Part shown: positions 10,058 to 19,370 of the stretch, in pieces
Layout: every line of letters starts with the position of its first letter
Numbering within the stretch: the stretch's first letter is position 1
Source of the DNA: an uncultured Gammaproteobacteria bacterium
GTDB lineage: Bacteria; Patescibacteriota; Microgenomatia; UBA12405
Length of the DNA: 64,000 nucleotides
Assembly: GCA_964538765.1 (NCBI GenBank)
Contig: CAZIHS010000002.1
Span: forward strand, 1,327 to 65,326
Reading direction: 5' to 3'
The notes under the pieces: model-generated
The model's database searches: none
Told to the model about the DNA's origin: nothing
The model's input: only the letters and a program-made list of their open reading frames with translations
Position numbers and translations under genes: made by a program

Positions 10058-11068
10058 ATGAAACTTGAAAAATTAAAGCGTCCGCTGGTCTATATTATCC
10101 TTGCCTCTTTAACGCTAATCCTGGTTTTAGTTTTAACCCTAAGCATTACTGTTAAGGTTTTTTTAAATATTCCTTTCCATGACCAGGTGACAATAGTCTA
10201 CCGTGCTTATATTGCCAACCATGATTTAAAAGAAAACAGAACAAATTTAATTGTATTAGGGCTTGACGAGAGAAACGACAGTTTCGAAAACACAAAAACC
10301 ACTGATACCATAATTTTTACTTCACTCAACAGTCAGTCTGGTATTATTAATCTTTTATCTTTGCCCCGGGATCTGTGGGATGACAAAAACCAGTCAAAAA
10401 TTAACCAGATCTACCAAACCGCCCTGCTTAAGCAAAACAAAAACACAATAAAGCCATATTACAGCCTAATAACCGGTCAAAGTATTGATTACTATCTGGT
10501 TGTTAACACCCAAAATTTGGTCGACATAATTAATATTTTAGGCGGTATTGACCTGTATTTAGACACCGGTTTTCGAGATCAGTTCTATCCCAATTCCGAA
10601 TATATTAAGGATCCTTCCTCAGGCGCACCAATTTATAAAACTATCGAATTTCCTGCTGGTCTAATCCATTTGGATAAAAACAATGTTACCGAGTTTGTGA
10701 GATCCCGAAAATCTTCCGATGATCCTTCAAAAGGTGGCACTGATCTTGGTCGAATAAATCGTCAACAGCTATTAATATCGGCCATCTTCGGCAAGATTCA
10801 GTTAAACATTGCCAACCTCAACTTTAAAGTTCTTTCCAAACTTTTGGATTACTACCAAAAACACATCGACACCGACCTTGGCCTGTCCGATATTGCCGCC
10901 CTGACCTCAGTTTATTTGCCAAATTATCGCCGGCTTTCTCTAAACAGGCTCGATATAACTCCTTTAATTTACCATCCCGACCGTCTTGTCAACCGCCAAT
11001 GGGTCTTTATGCCTGTTGGTGATAATTACGACAAAATCCAACAGTATATAAGTCAGGGGTTAAAATGA
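10058..11068 (+). CDS. LytR-CpsA-Psr (LCP) family glycopolymer phosphotransferase
   Basis: TM, then LGLD, TDTII, SLPRDL, KIN..Y, FVRSR, D.GRINRQQ. Confidence 0.92.
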   Translation: MKLEKLKRPLVYIILASLTLILVLVLTLSITVKVFLNIPFHDQVTIVYRAYIANHDLKENRTNLIVLGLDERNDSFENTKTTDTIIFTSLNSQSGIINLLSLPRDLWDDKNQSKINQIYQTALLKQNKNTIKPYYSLITGQSIDYYLVVNTQNLVDIINILGGIDLYLDTGFRDQFYPNSEYIKDPSSGAPIYKTIEFPAGLIHLDKNNVTEFVRSRKSSDDPSKGGTDLGRINRQQLLISAIFGKIQLNIANLNFKVLSKLLDYYQKHIDTDLGLSDIAALTSVYLPNYRRLSLNRLDITPLIYHPDRLVNRQWVFMPVGDNYDKIQQYISQGLK

Positions 11069-11811
11069 ATCATATCGATAGTTTAATTAACCGTTTCAGA
11101 CCATCTCTAACCGATCCGGCGTCAATAAACTACTTCAATATTCACATCGACCGCTACCGCTATTTGCTTTCAAAAATATCCAAACTCAATTTACCAAAAA
11201 ACAGTCGGGTGCTTGACATTGGTTGTTATCCGCCCCATCTCTTTTCACTTTTAAAGATGCAGGGATTTCAAGTCCATGGAATTTCCTCTCCACACGAACC
11301 GGTTATTTATCCAAAAATTCAGGTGTTGAATATCGAAAATTCAGATCTTCCTTTTTCAAAAAATCATTTTGATCTGATTTTGCTAACAGAGTTAGTTGAA
11401 CATTTGCTTCTTAATCCTGTTCCGGTTTTGAAAAATATCTGCCGGGTCTTAAAACCCGGCGGGCATTTTATATTAACTACGCCAAACGCCGCCCGCCTGC
11501 AAAATATTGTCAAACTATTAATTGGTCAAAACATTTACTTCAGCCTTGACCAACTCTACGATTCCAGTCTTAGTACCGGTTCAGTCTACCATCGTCACAA
11601 CCGGGAATATACTCTCAAAGAGTTAAAAAAGGTCATCTTTGACTCCTCTTTTAACCGTTACCAAGGCCAATATTTTTCTGCCTACACTCCGTTTCGCTCA
11701 AAAAATCAAACCGACAGTTTCTTGTTAAAAACGGCCAAGTATCTAAATTTCTATATAAGCTGTATATATCCTAGGTTTTCCGACAGTATCTATATACATG
11801 CCCAAAAATAG
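11065..11811 (+). CDS. Class I SAM-dependent methyltransferase
   Basis: VLDIGC, LPF...FDLIL, VEHL, RVLKPGG..ILTTPN, HNREYT. Confidence 0.88.
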   Translation: MNHIDSLINRFRPSLTDPASINYFNIHIDRYRYLLSKISKLNLPKNSRVLDIGCYPPHLFSLLKMQGFQVHGISSPHEPVIYPKIQVLNIENSDLPFSKNHFDLILLTELVEHLLLNPVPVLKNICRVLKPGGHFILTTPNAARLQNIVKLLIGQNIYFSLDQLYDSSLSTGSVYHRHNREYTLKELKKVIFDSSFNRYQGQYFSAYTPFRSKNQTDSFLLKTAKYLNFYISCIYPRFSDSIYIHAQK

Positions 11812-11814
11812 TTT

Positions 11815-11823
11815 TGTTATACT
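11815..11823 (+). promoter_or_regulatory. Extended -10 TGnTATACT, leaderless-type
   Basis: Ends 6 nt before ATG 11830. Confidence 0.65.
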
Positions 11824-11829
11824 CTTTCT

Positions 11830-12321
11830 ATGGATATACCAAACCTCTCCCAAACCCCCCCCGCCGATTCCTCGCCAACCACTCCAGACAACCAGAAGAT
11901 TTTAGTCTTAATCATAATTTTCATTTCAATTGCCCTGGGATTTTGGATATCAAGAGTCGCCCCGTCCTCAACTGTTTCGACTTCTTCCCTGAAAAACGGC
12001 ACTTCATTAACTGGCCAAACTGCTGTTAACACAGAAAACATTGCCGATCCTTCCGACATAAAAATCGGAGTGGTCTATGGTAACCTGGCTAAAAATTTTA
12101 CCGATTCCGCTGTTGGAGTTATAGAGTCGGGTAGTATTAACTCGGAAGGCACCCACATTTTAGTTCGGGAAGGGGGTTTGTCCCAGCGGGCCTCTCTAAC
12201 CTCCTCGGCCGTAGACCTTGACCTATTCGTTGGCCGTAAGGTAGAAGTAAAAGGGGAAACTAATGCTTCCAACAAAACTTCTTGGCTTATGGACGTTGGT
12301 TCAGTCAAGGTTTTGGAATGA
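11830..12321 (+). CDS. Hypothetical single-TM protein with a beta-rich C-terminal domain, first gene of the ftsEX unit
   Basis: P/T-rich N-terminus, TM, S/T linker, then GTHILVR...DLDLFVGRKVEVKG. Confidence 0.7.
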   Translation: MDIPNLSQTPPADSSPTTPDNQKILVLIIIFISIALGFWISRVAPSSTVSTSSLKNGTSLTGQTAVNTENIADPSDIKIGVVYGNLAKNFTDSAVGVIESGSINSEGTHILVREGGLSQRASLTSSAVDLDLFVGRKVEVKGETNASNKTSWLMDVGSVKVLE

Positions 12322-12322
12322 A

Positions 12323-12991
12323 ATGAAAATCGACTTTCAAAAAGTATCCAAAACATATGGTCTGGTTCAGGCCCTGTCCAACGTCAGTTTTGCAGTTGAA
12401 AGTGGAGAGTTTGTTTTTATCGTCGGTCCCTCGGGAGCCGGCAAATCAACGCTTATCAAGCTTATCTTAAACCAGGTCAAGCCGGACGACGGTTCGGTAG
12501 TAATTGACAACATTGATTTGTCCAAGGCAACCCGCCGTCAGATAGACACAATCAGGCGTCAAATAGGAGTAGTCTTTCAGGACTATCAGCTTATCTCCGA
12601 CAAAACCGTTGAAGAAAATATCTCCTTAGCTCTTGACATTGCGGGTTTTCCCAATGCCCAAAGACCTGCCAAAATTAGTCAGGTAATTGAACAGGTAAAC
12701 CTAAGTTCCCGTCGTTTTCTCTTTCCCTCCCAGCTATCCGGAGGAGAGTTGCAAAGGGCGTGTTTGGCTCGGGCTTTGGCTGTAGACCCCAAGGTCATTC
12801 TTGCCGATGAACCCACCGGCAACCTTGATCCTGACAACATTGCCATTCTGATGGCCATTTTTAGAGAAATAAACAAAAAAACAAAAGCTACTGTTATTAT
12901 GACCACCCACAACCAGGACATTATCGGTTCCACCACCAAAAGAATTATTACTCTAAAAAACGGAACAATTTCCAACGATATAAAAAAATAA
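12323..12991 (+). CDS. ftsE: Cell division ABC ATPase FtsE
   Basis: GPSGAGKST, RRQIGVVFQD, LSGGE.QR, ADEPTGNLD. Next to ftsX; ATG at 12323. Confidence 0.93.
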   Translation: MKIDFQKVSKTYGLVQALSNVSFAVESGEFVFIVGPSGAGKSTLIKLILNQVKPDDGSVVIDNIDLSKATRRQIDTIRRQIGVVFQDYQLISDKTVEENISLALDIAGFPNAQRPAKISQVIEQVNLSSRRFLFPSQLSGGELQRACLARALAVDPKVILADEPTGNLDPDNIAILMAIFREINKKTKATVIMTTHNQDIIGSTTKRIITLKNGTISNDIKK

Positions 12992-12992
12992 C

Positions 12993-13865
12993 ATGACTCT
13001 TTTTCAAAACACCTGGCACCATCTTCGCCGCTCACCCTTTCAAACCATTACCGCCTTTCTGGTAATGTTCATCTGTTTTTTTTGTCTAAATACTTTCGCG
13101 ATTATAAGTCGCGGGCTTTCCACGGTCCTGCTCTACTTTGAAACCAAACCGGAAGTCACCATATTTTTAAAAGACGGACTTGATCGAAACACAATTGACG
13201 GCCTTCAAAAAGAGCTGGCTGATTATCCTAATGTTAAAGAAATTAAGTATATTTCCAAAGAAAAAGCTCTTTCAATATATAAAGAACAAAACAAAGCCAA
13301 TCCGCTTCTCACCGAGATGGTAACCTCTAGCATTCTTCCCGCTTCTTTCGAAGTCTCGGTATCCGACCCGCTTACCCTTGACCAGGTCGCCCAAAATTTT
13401 TCCGCCAAAACATCGCAAATTGATGAAATTATTTATCAGAAAGATTTAATAAACTCATTGCTTTCCTGGACCAGTCTCATACGTAAAATCGGCCTTATCA
13501 TCATAAGCACTGGGGTTTTTGTTGCTTTCCTAATCATTAGCGCGATTATCAGCCTAAAGGCAACCAACCGGCGTGACGAGGTTAAAATTAGCCGGCTTTT
13601 GGGAGCTTCTAAATTCTATGTTCACCGCCCTTTTCTTCTTGAAGGAGCCTTTTACGGTTTGTTTGGAAGTATAGCGGCCTTCTTCACTAGTGGCGGTATT
13701 TTTCTTTATTTCCGGTCTCAAATTAATTCCAGCTTTCAGCCAATCGAGTTTATTGGTTTTAATCCGAATTTTATCCTGCTTTCCTTTTCTCTCGAAGTAT
13801 TTTTTGGTTTGCTAGTTGGTTATCTGGCCAGTTGGTTTGCGGTTCGCCGTCACATTAAGTTTTAA
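12993..13865 (+). CDS. ftsX: Cell division permease FtsX
   Basis: 4-TM layout with external loop YISKEKAL..NPL; RRDEVKISRLLGAS..RPFLLEG. Confidence 0.92.
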   Translation: MTLFQNTWHHLRRSPFQTITAFLVMFICFFCLNTFAIISRGLSTVLLYFETKPEVTIFLKDGLDRNTIDGLQKELADYPNVKEIKYISKEKALSIYKEQNKANPLLTEMVTSSILPASFEVSVSDPLTLDQVAQNFSAKTSQIDEIIYQKDLINSLLSWTSLIRKIGLIIISTGVFVAFLIISAIISLKATNRRDEVKISRLLGASKFYVHRPFLLEGAFYGLFGSIAAFFTSGGIFLYFRSQINSSFQPIEFIGFNPNFILLSFSLEVFFGLLVGYLASWFAVRRHIKF

Positions 13866-13870
13866 ATACA

Positions 13871-14983
13871 ATGCTGAAACTAGTCGTATTTTTGCTCTGC
13901 CTATATTTTTGGCTATCTCTTCCGGTGCAACAGTTTCTTAGCGCTCGAAAATCAGACGGAGGTTGTGAAACAAGCGAGGAATGTGACTCTGATATAAAAC
14001 AATACACCCAAAAATTATCCGAACTTGAAAAAACAAAAGACAGTCTTTCAAAGCAACTCAATATTCTCAGCTCCCAAATCAGCCTAACCCTTCTAAAAAT
14101 AAATCAAACCGAGTTGCTTATCCGCCAACTGCAAGCCGAGATCGACAAACTTACCGTAAAAATTAATATTCTCGACGACAATCTGAATCAACTTTCTTCA
14201 ATCTATTTAAAGCAAATTGACCAAAATTACCGGCTTTCAAAGCGTTTTGCCAATATCCCAATTTTAGTCTTGATGGGCGGTGACTCGTTTCTAAAACAAT
14301 ACAAATACGTCACCACCCTGCAAAGATACAACCAAAGTACTCTTCTAAGTATGGAAACAACCAGGACAAATTATGACATCCAAAAATCTCAAAAACAAAA
14401 AAAGCAGGAAGAAATGGAAATACTTCAGGGTAAATTAGCCTCAGAGAAAAACAATTTGGCCAAGCAAAAAGAATCAAAATCCACCCTTCTCTCTATCACC
14501 CAAAACGATGAAAATCGCTATCAGCAACTTAAAAAAGCCGCCGAAAACGAATTGAGTTCGCTTCTAAAAGCTAAATTTGTTGGTAAAAAGGAAGTTAGGA
14601 AAGGAGACCCTCTTGGCTTAATGGGTAATACCGGTTATTCATTTGGTGACCATCTTCATTTCGGGTTATACGATCTTAAGGAGGATAACTTGGCTCAATG
14701 GTCCTACCCAAACGACGCCGACCCAATTCCCTACATAAACCAAAACCGTTGGCCAATGGATGCTCCCATTGAAATTACCCAGGATCGCGGCCGCACCAAA
14801 TATTCATATCTTTATTCCGATCATTTTCACCACGGAGTTGACATGGTCTCTGACAATAAAACGGTCAGGGCGGTAAACGATGGCGTGGCCTACATCTATC
14901 GTAACGCTGGAAGCAGCCTAGGAAATCACGTCAAACTATTTCACCCCGACGGCAAGATGACTCTGTACCTTCACCTTCAGTAG
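13871..14983 (+). CDS. Exported coiled-coil protein with a circularly permuted M23 metallopeptidase domain (EnvC/PcsB-position FtsEX partner)
   Basis: Signal/TM and long coiled coil; VRKGD..G.MGNTGYSFGDHLHF precedes HHGVD..AVNDG..GNHVKLFH..LYLHL. Confidence 0.85.
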   Translation: MLKLVVFLLCLYFWLSLPVQQFLSARKSDGGCETSEECDSDIKQYTQKLSELEKTKDSLSKQLNILSSQISLTLLKINQTELLIRQLQAEIDKLTVKINILDDNLNQLSSIYLKQIDQNYRLSKRFANIPILVLMGGDSFLKQYKYVTTLQRYNQSTLLSMETTRTNYDIQKSQKQKKQEEMEILQGKLASEKNNLAKQKESKSTLLSITQNDENRYQQLKKAAENELSSLLKAKFVGKKEVRKGDPLGLMGNTGYSFGDHLHFGLYDLKEDNLAQWSYPNDADPIPYINQNRWPMDAPIEITQDRGRTKYSYLYSDHFHHGVDMVSDNKTVRAVNDGVAYIYRNAGSSLGNHVKLFHPDGKMTLYLHLQ

Positions 14984-15031
14984 TATGAAACTGTCGCCGG
15001 CAAACTCCCTGCTTTGGTGAAAAGAAATGAT

Positions 15032-15637
15032 TCAGAAACCTCGGGCCAGTTTTCTAATCACTATGGCCAATCCAATTGAAGAAAGTAGAATCAAACTTAT
15101 GGAAAAAACAGAAGTGCCGCCCGTCTCGGGAACTTCTTTGTTGCCAATAAAAAAGGAGGCGGTATCACTGTCATAAAGATCACCCACCCTTACTTCAGCT
15201 TTGTTTGTCAGCATTTTCCTGCCAAAACCGGAAGACAACTCTTCAACCTTTGCCTTAATCAGGTACTCTCTGCTTTCTCCTGGTCCCAAAGTAGAAATCT
15301 CCCAAGTAACAAGGTTTTTATCTTTTTGCCCGGGATACAAAATCAAAACTAAATATGAAGGCAAAAAGTCCTTAACCTTGATGTTTTGCAAACTTTCATT
15401 ACCTGTATTTTCTACTCTAACTTTATATTCAACTATCTCGTTTTCAAAAAAAATCTTCTGGTTATAGGAAATGTTGTCAAGATACTGGTTTATTCCCAGC
15501 TGGCCAACCTTCTTATCAATTACTATTGACTTTACGCTACCGCCTCCATATGTATATTGCGCCATCACCTTGCCGGCCAAACCAGAAAATATGGTCACTC
15601 CGGCCAAGAAATATAAGGCCACTGTTTTGAAATTCAT
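15032..15637 (-). CDS. Secreted DUF11 (Ig-like) protein with a C-terminal sortase-type signal
   Basis: Signal peptide (VMA/Q), IDK.V, VEYKVRVENTG, VKDFLP, VTWEISTLGPGES; then VPETG + TM + RKLARGF. Confidence 0.8.
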   Translation of the reverse strand: MNFKTVALYFLAGVTIFSGLAGKVMAQYTYGGGSVKSIVIDKKVGQLGINQYLDNISYNQKIFFENEIVEYKVRVENTGNESLQNIKVKDFLPSYLVLILYPGQKDKNLVTWEISTLGPGESREYLIKAKVEELSSGFGRKMLTNKAEVRVGDLYDSDTASFFIGNKEVPETGGTSVFSISLILLSSIGLAIVIRKLARGF

Positions 15638-15643
15638 GACTTG

Positions 15644-15671
15644 ATTATACTAAACTATAGCCTATAGTCAA
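15644..15671 (-). promoter_or_regulatory. TTGACT-16-TATAAT-6-ATG promoter
   Basis: + strand ATTATA 15644-15649 and AGTCAA 15666-15671. Confidence 0.7.
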
Positions 15672-15706
15672 GTGTTATAGAAAATAGCCAGGGATTTCTA
15701 AAATCC

Positions 15707-15715
15707 TGATATACT
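15707..15715 (+). promoter_or_regulatory. Extended -10 TGnTATACT at the start of the glycosylation island
   Basis: Ends 6 nt before ATG 15722. Confidence 0.65.
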
Positions 15716-15721
15716 CTCTTT

Positions 15722-16450
15722 ATGACACCAAAGTTGAAAGAGCTTTCAGTCTTTTTTCCCTGTTATAACGAAGAGGCGAACCTGGAAACTACTTTTAACA
15801 AAACCCTTCCGATAATTAAAGAAATTGCCGATAAATGGGAAGTAATTATTGTTGATGATGGCTCAAAAGACAACACCGGGGCCGTGGCCCTAGGCATTCA
15901 AAATAAATATCCCGAAAACGTTAGAATTATCACCCACCGCCCCAACCGCGGCTATGGAGCAGCAATCAAAAGCGGCCTTTTTAACTCGCGCTATGAATGG
16001 GTGGTGTTTACCGACTCTGATGGTCAATTTGACTTTAACGACGTTCGGGAGCTTATCCAAAAACAGAAAATTACAAATGCCGACATGGTAATCGGCTACT
16101 ACCTAAACCGCCGCGTTCCATTATACCGGAAGATTGGGTCAAAGCTGTGGCAATTTGCCGTCGGGATATTATTTGGCCTTTGGGTTCGCGACATCGACTG
16201 CGCCTTCAAATTGATTAATCAAAAAGTAATTAAAAAGTTACCGCCCCTGACTTCCGAGCGGGGACCCTTCATTACCAGCGAATTTCTGATCTATTCCCAA
16301 AAAAATGGCTTTTCAATCGCTGAAGTCGGAGTCCACCACTTTTCCCGCCAGGCCGGTGAGGCCACCGGCGCCAAGCTAAACGTCATTCTCTCTGGCTTTA
16401 AAGATCTCTTCCGACTTTGGTTTAAGGTCACATTTTCGGCCAAAAAATGA
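15722..16450 (+). CDS. GT2, DPM1-like polyprenyl-phosphate sugar synthase
   Basis: SVFFPCYNEE, VDDGSKD, NRGYGAA, DSDGQ, DIDCAFKL. Confidence 0.88.
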   Translation: MTPKLKELSVFFPCYNEEANLETTFNKTLPIIKEIADKWEVIIVDDGSKDNTGAVALGIQNKYPENVRIITHRPNRGYGAAIKSGLFNSRYEWVVFTDSDGQFDFNDVRELIQKQKITNADMVIGYYLNRRVPLYRKIGSKLWQFAVGILFGLWVRDIDCAFKLINQKVIKKLPPLTSERGPFITSEFLIYSQKNGFSIAEVGVHHFSRQAGEATGAKLNVILSGFKDLFRLWFKVTFSAKK

Positions 16451-16460
16451 CACATCAATT

Positions 16461-17897
16461 ATGACCCAACCAATATCAAAAAGGTTGGTTTTACTAACCC
16501 TCATCATTGTCCTCGCCGCCTTTTTCCGTCTATACCGCATCAATGATTATATGGAATACTTAGGTGATCAGGGCCGGGACCTTATTATCATCAGGGAGTT
16601 TCTAGTCAACAAAAACCTGTTTTTTATCGGTCCTCAAACCAGTGTCGGGAACATGTATTTAGGACCATGGTTTTATTATTTTATCGCTCCAAGCCTTCTG
16701 TTTGCCGGCTACAATCCGGTTGGACCGGCAATATTCACTGGACTTTTAGGAGTATTAACAATATATCTTGTCTACCATGTTGCCTCCCGGTGGTTTAGTG
16801 TACCCGTCGGGCTTGCCGCCTCCCTTTTGATGTCAATTTCGCCGGTAGTCATTAAATATTCAACTTCTTCCTGGAATCCCAACGTTATGCCCCTTTTTTC
16901 CTTGTTGTTCATCTATTTCCTATGCCAAAAACGCTATATTCCGGCCACAATTTCCTTTATTATGATAATTAATTCCCACTATTTAGGTATATTACTTTTA
17001 GCGCCGGCAATATTTATCCTCATCCACAACTATAAAACCAGCCAGCAAAAAATCCCGATATTTATCCGCCATTTAATTTTCCCGGCTATATTATTCATTA
17101 TCAGTCTTTCACCCCTGATACTATTTGATCTGAAACATCAGGGGCAAAATATCGGTGCGGTCCTACGTTTTTTTAGCCAGCGTGAAACCACCGTTAATTT
17201 AAAACCTTACAAGGCTTTTCCTTTAATTTTTCCTCTCACCAGACAAGTATTCGAAAGGTTGCTGTTGGGTAAAAACCACTTGGTGTCTCTAGTTGCCACA
17301 TTATTATTTCTCTTGGGCTCACTCATGGCCTTTATCCGTTTTCGCTTTTCCAACTATTATCTGAACCTAATATATCTTTGGATATTCACTGGCATTGTCG
17401 GTTTGGCGCTATACAAACAGCATATTTATGATCACTATTTTGGCTTTATTTTTCCGGCCATATTTATCCTAGCTGCCTACCTAATTGTCCAGGTTAAGTA
17501 CTCAACCGTCCGCTATATAATTATTGCCGTTTTAGTCATCCTTTCGTTAGTGGAAAATCCATTTCGCTGGCCGCCACCAAAACAACTCCAAACCAGTTCC
17601 CAAATCACCGACTCAATCATTGCTGACAGTCAGAACCTCCCCTTCAACTTTGCTCTTCTCGCCAAGCAAAACTATGACCCGCCCTACCGCTATCTATTTA
17701 TCCTTAAGGGCGCCCCGTTATATTCCATTGACCAAAAACTTACAAAGCAGCTATATGTTGTCTGTGAACCTTTTCAAACCGACTGCAATCCCATCAATAA
17801 TCCCGAGTGGTCTGTGGCGGCTTTTGGCTGGGGTAAGATCGCCAAGTCGTGGCAAATCAACGGCATCAGTATATACAAAATTGTCCACAATATTTAG
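16461..17897 (+). CDS. GT-C fold (ArnT/PMT-like) membrane glycosyltransferase, DQ class
   Basis: FRLY..GDQGRD, IGP, YLGPWFYY, WNPN; about 11 TM plus a C-terminal external domain. Confidence 0.82.
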   Translation: MTQPISKRLVLLTLIIVLAAFFRLYRINDYMEYLGDQGRDLIIIREFLVNKNLFFIGPQTSVGNMYLGPWFYYFIAPSLLFAGYNPVGPAIFTGLLGVLTIYLVYHVASRWFSVPVGLAASLLMSISPVVIKYSTSSWNPNVMPLFSLLFIYFLCQKRYIPATISFIMIINSHYLGILLLAPAIFILIHNYKTSQQKIPIFIRHLIFPAILFIISLSPLILFDLKHQGQNIGAVLRFFSQRETTVNLKPYKAFPLIFPLTRQVFERLLLGKNHLVSLVATLLFLLGSLMAFIRFRFSNYYLNLIYLWIFTGIVGLALYKQHIYDHYFGFIFPAIFILAAYLIVQVKYSTVRYIIIAVLVILSLVENPFRWPPPKQLQTSSQITDSIIADSQNLPFNFALLAKQNYDPPYRYLFILKGAPLYSIDQKLTKQLYVVCEPFQTDCNPINNPEWSVAAFGWGKIAKSWQINGISIYKIVHNI

Positions 17898-17902
17898 AAA
17901 TA

Positions 17903-19369
17903 GTGAAGAATATTAGATTATCAACCGTATTAATTGTCATCTTCTGGCTCGCAGGGTTGTTTCTTCGAACCTACCGCCAAAAAGACCTTCTTGGATTTTA
18001 CTACGACCAAGGGTGCGATGCCCAAATAGCCTCAGACATTATCCACCTTCGTAATTTACCCGCCATCGGTCCAACCACCGGAATCCCCGGTTTGCATCTT
18101 GGACCGTTTTGGTTTTATCTTTTGGCACCCTTTTATTTTATAGGTTCTGGCAGTCCGGTAATTGCCAGTTACTTCATTTCGTTTATCGACAGTTTATCAA
18201 TCATCCTGTTATACCTAATTCTCAAAAAATATCACTCGGCCTCTGCCGGTTTGGTTGGCGCCGCAACATACAGCTTCAGCCGGTACCTAATAAGCTCTTC
18301 CCGGTGGTTTTCCAATCCTTCTCCGCTACCGTTTTTTACTCTTCTGGCAATATATCTTACTCTTGAAGTATTTTCACAAAAAAAATTTAATCGGCTGCCT
18401 CTGCTTTCTTTAGTTCTAGGATTATCTCTTCAACTCGAGGCCGCCAGCGCCATTTTTTTCTACCTTTCTCTCGGAGCATATACAGTTTTGCAGCTCTCAA
18501 CAGCCAAAGCTATTCCGCTTAAATATTACCGGAATGCTTTTGGTGTATTTATTGTTCTTCTCATCCCCCAATTTGCTTTCGAGCTAAAAAATAATTACCC
18601 CACCCTAAAGACATTGATGTTGTTTACAACCGGTCGGGTTGCCTCTTCGGGTACACCTTCGTGGTCGATCCCAAACATTAATTTTATCCAAAACAGGCTT
18701 CTAACTTATTACCAGTATTTATTCAGCAAGTTTGATGTTTCTGTATCAATATATTCCACCATCGCTTTAATGGTGTTTCTTTTTGGTTTGGTTCTATTGC
18801 TAAAGCGGCAATCTGATCAGCCGCTGGTCAGGCTAACTTGCGTCTGGCTGATAGTTCCGCTGACTCTCCTGCTGTTTTTTAGTGGCAATTATGGTCGGCT
18901 ATATGACTATTATTTGACTGGTTTTTACCCAAGCTTCGTTATCATTGTCTCTTTAATTTTGTTCTTGCCAAGCAAAATAATATCAAAGACAGTCTTAATC
19001 TTGCTGTTTTTTGTATATTTTATTTTTGGAAACGAAGTTCACCTCTATCATTATCTGACAGATGGAATTGACGGGCCCACCAATGTCGTGTTTGGCAATC
19101 AGTTTGCCGCGGTTTCCAAACTTTGTTCCATGCCGGAAGACTATCGGCTTGACATCTATGTTCCGCCGATTACGCCATTATCCTATGACTATCTTTTCGA
19201 CTGGCTTTCCTCCACAGGTTGCCGACGGCCATCTTCATCAGGTCCTCTCCTCCTACTCTACGAAACCGACCTGGTAAACCCCGGCAGTTTGCAAAAATGG
19301 CTTTCTAAACAGCCAAACCGCCTGCCGGTTGCAAAATTTGGCGGAGTCACTATTGAAAAAGTCAAATAA
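17903..19369 (+). CDS. GT-C fold glycosyltransferase, DQ class
   Basis: LRTY..YYDQGCD, IGP, HLGPFWFY, SNPS. In-frame GTG at 17903. Confidence 0.82.
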   Translation: MKNIRLSTVLIVIFWLAGLFLRTYRQKDLLGFYYDQGCDAQIASDIIHLRNLPAIGPTTGIPGLHLGPFWFYLLAPFYFIGSGSPVIASYFISFIDSLSIILLYLILKKYHSASAGLVGAATYSFSRYLISSSRWFSNPSPLPFFTLLAIYLTLEVFSQKKFNRLPLLSLVLGLSLQLEAASAIFFYLSLGAYTVLQLSTAKAIPLKYYRNAFGVFIVLLIPQFAFELKNNYPTLKTLMLFTTGRVASSGTPSWSIPNINFIQNRLLTYYQYLFSKFDVSVSIYSTIALMVFLFGLVLLLKRQSDQPLVRLTCVWLIVPLTLLLFFSGNYGRLYDYYLTGFYPSFVIIVSLILFLPSKIISKTVLILLFFVYFIFGNEVHLYHYLTDGIDGPTNVVFGNQFAAVSKLCSMPEDYRLDIYVPPITPLSYDYLFDWLSSTGCRRPSSSGPLLLLYETDLVNPGSLQKWLSKQPNRLPVAKFGGVTIEKVK

Positions 19370-19370
19370 A

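Noticed and set aside
14981-15060. Possible premature TAG truncating the M23 domain
   Set aside because: The apparently missing HxH block is already present upstream, and read-through would run into the convergent gene.
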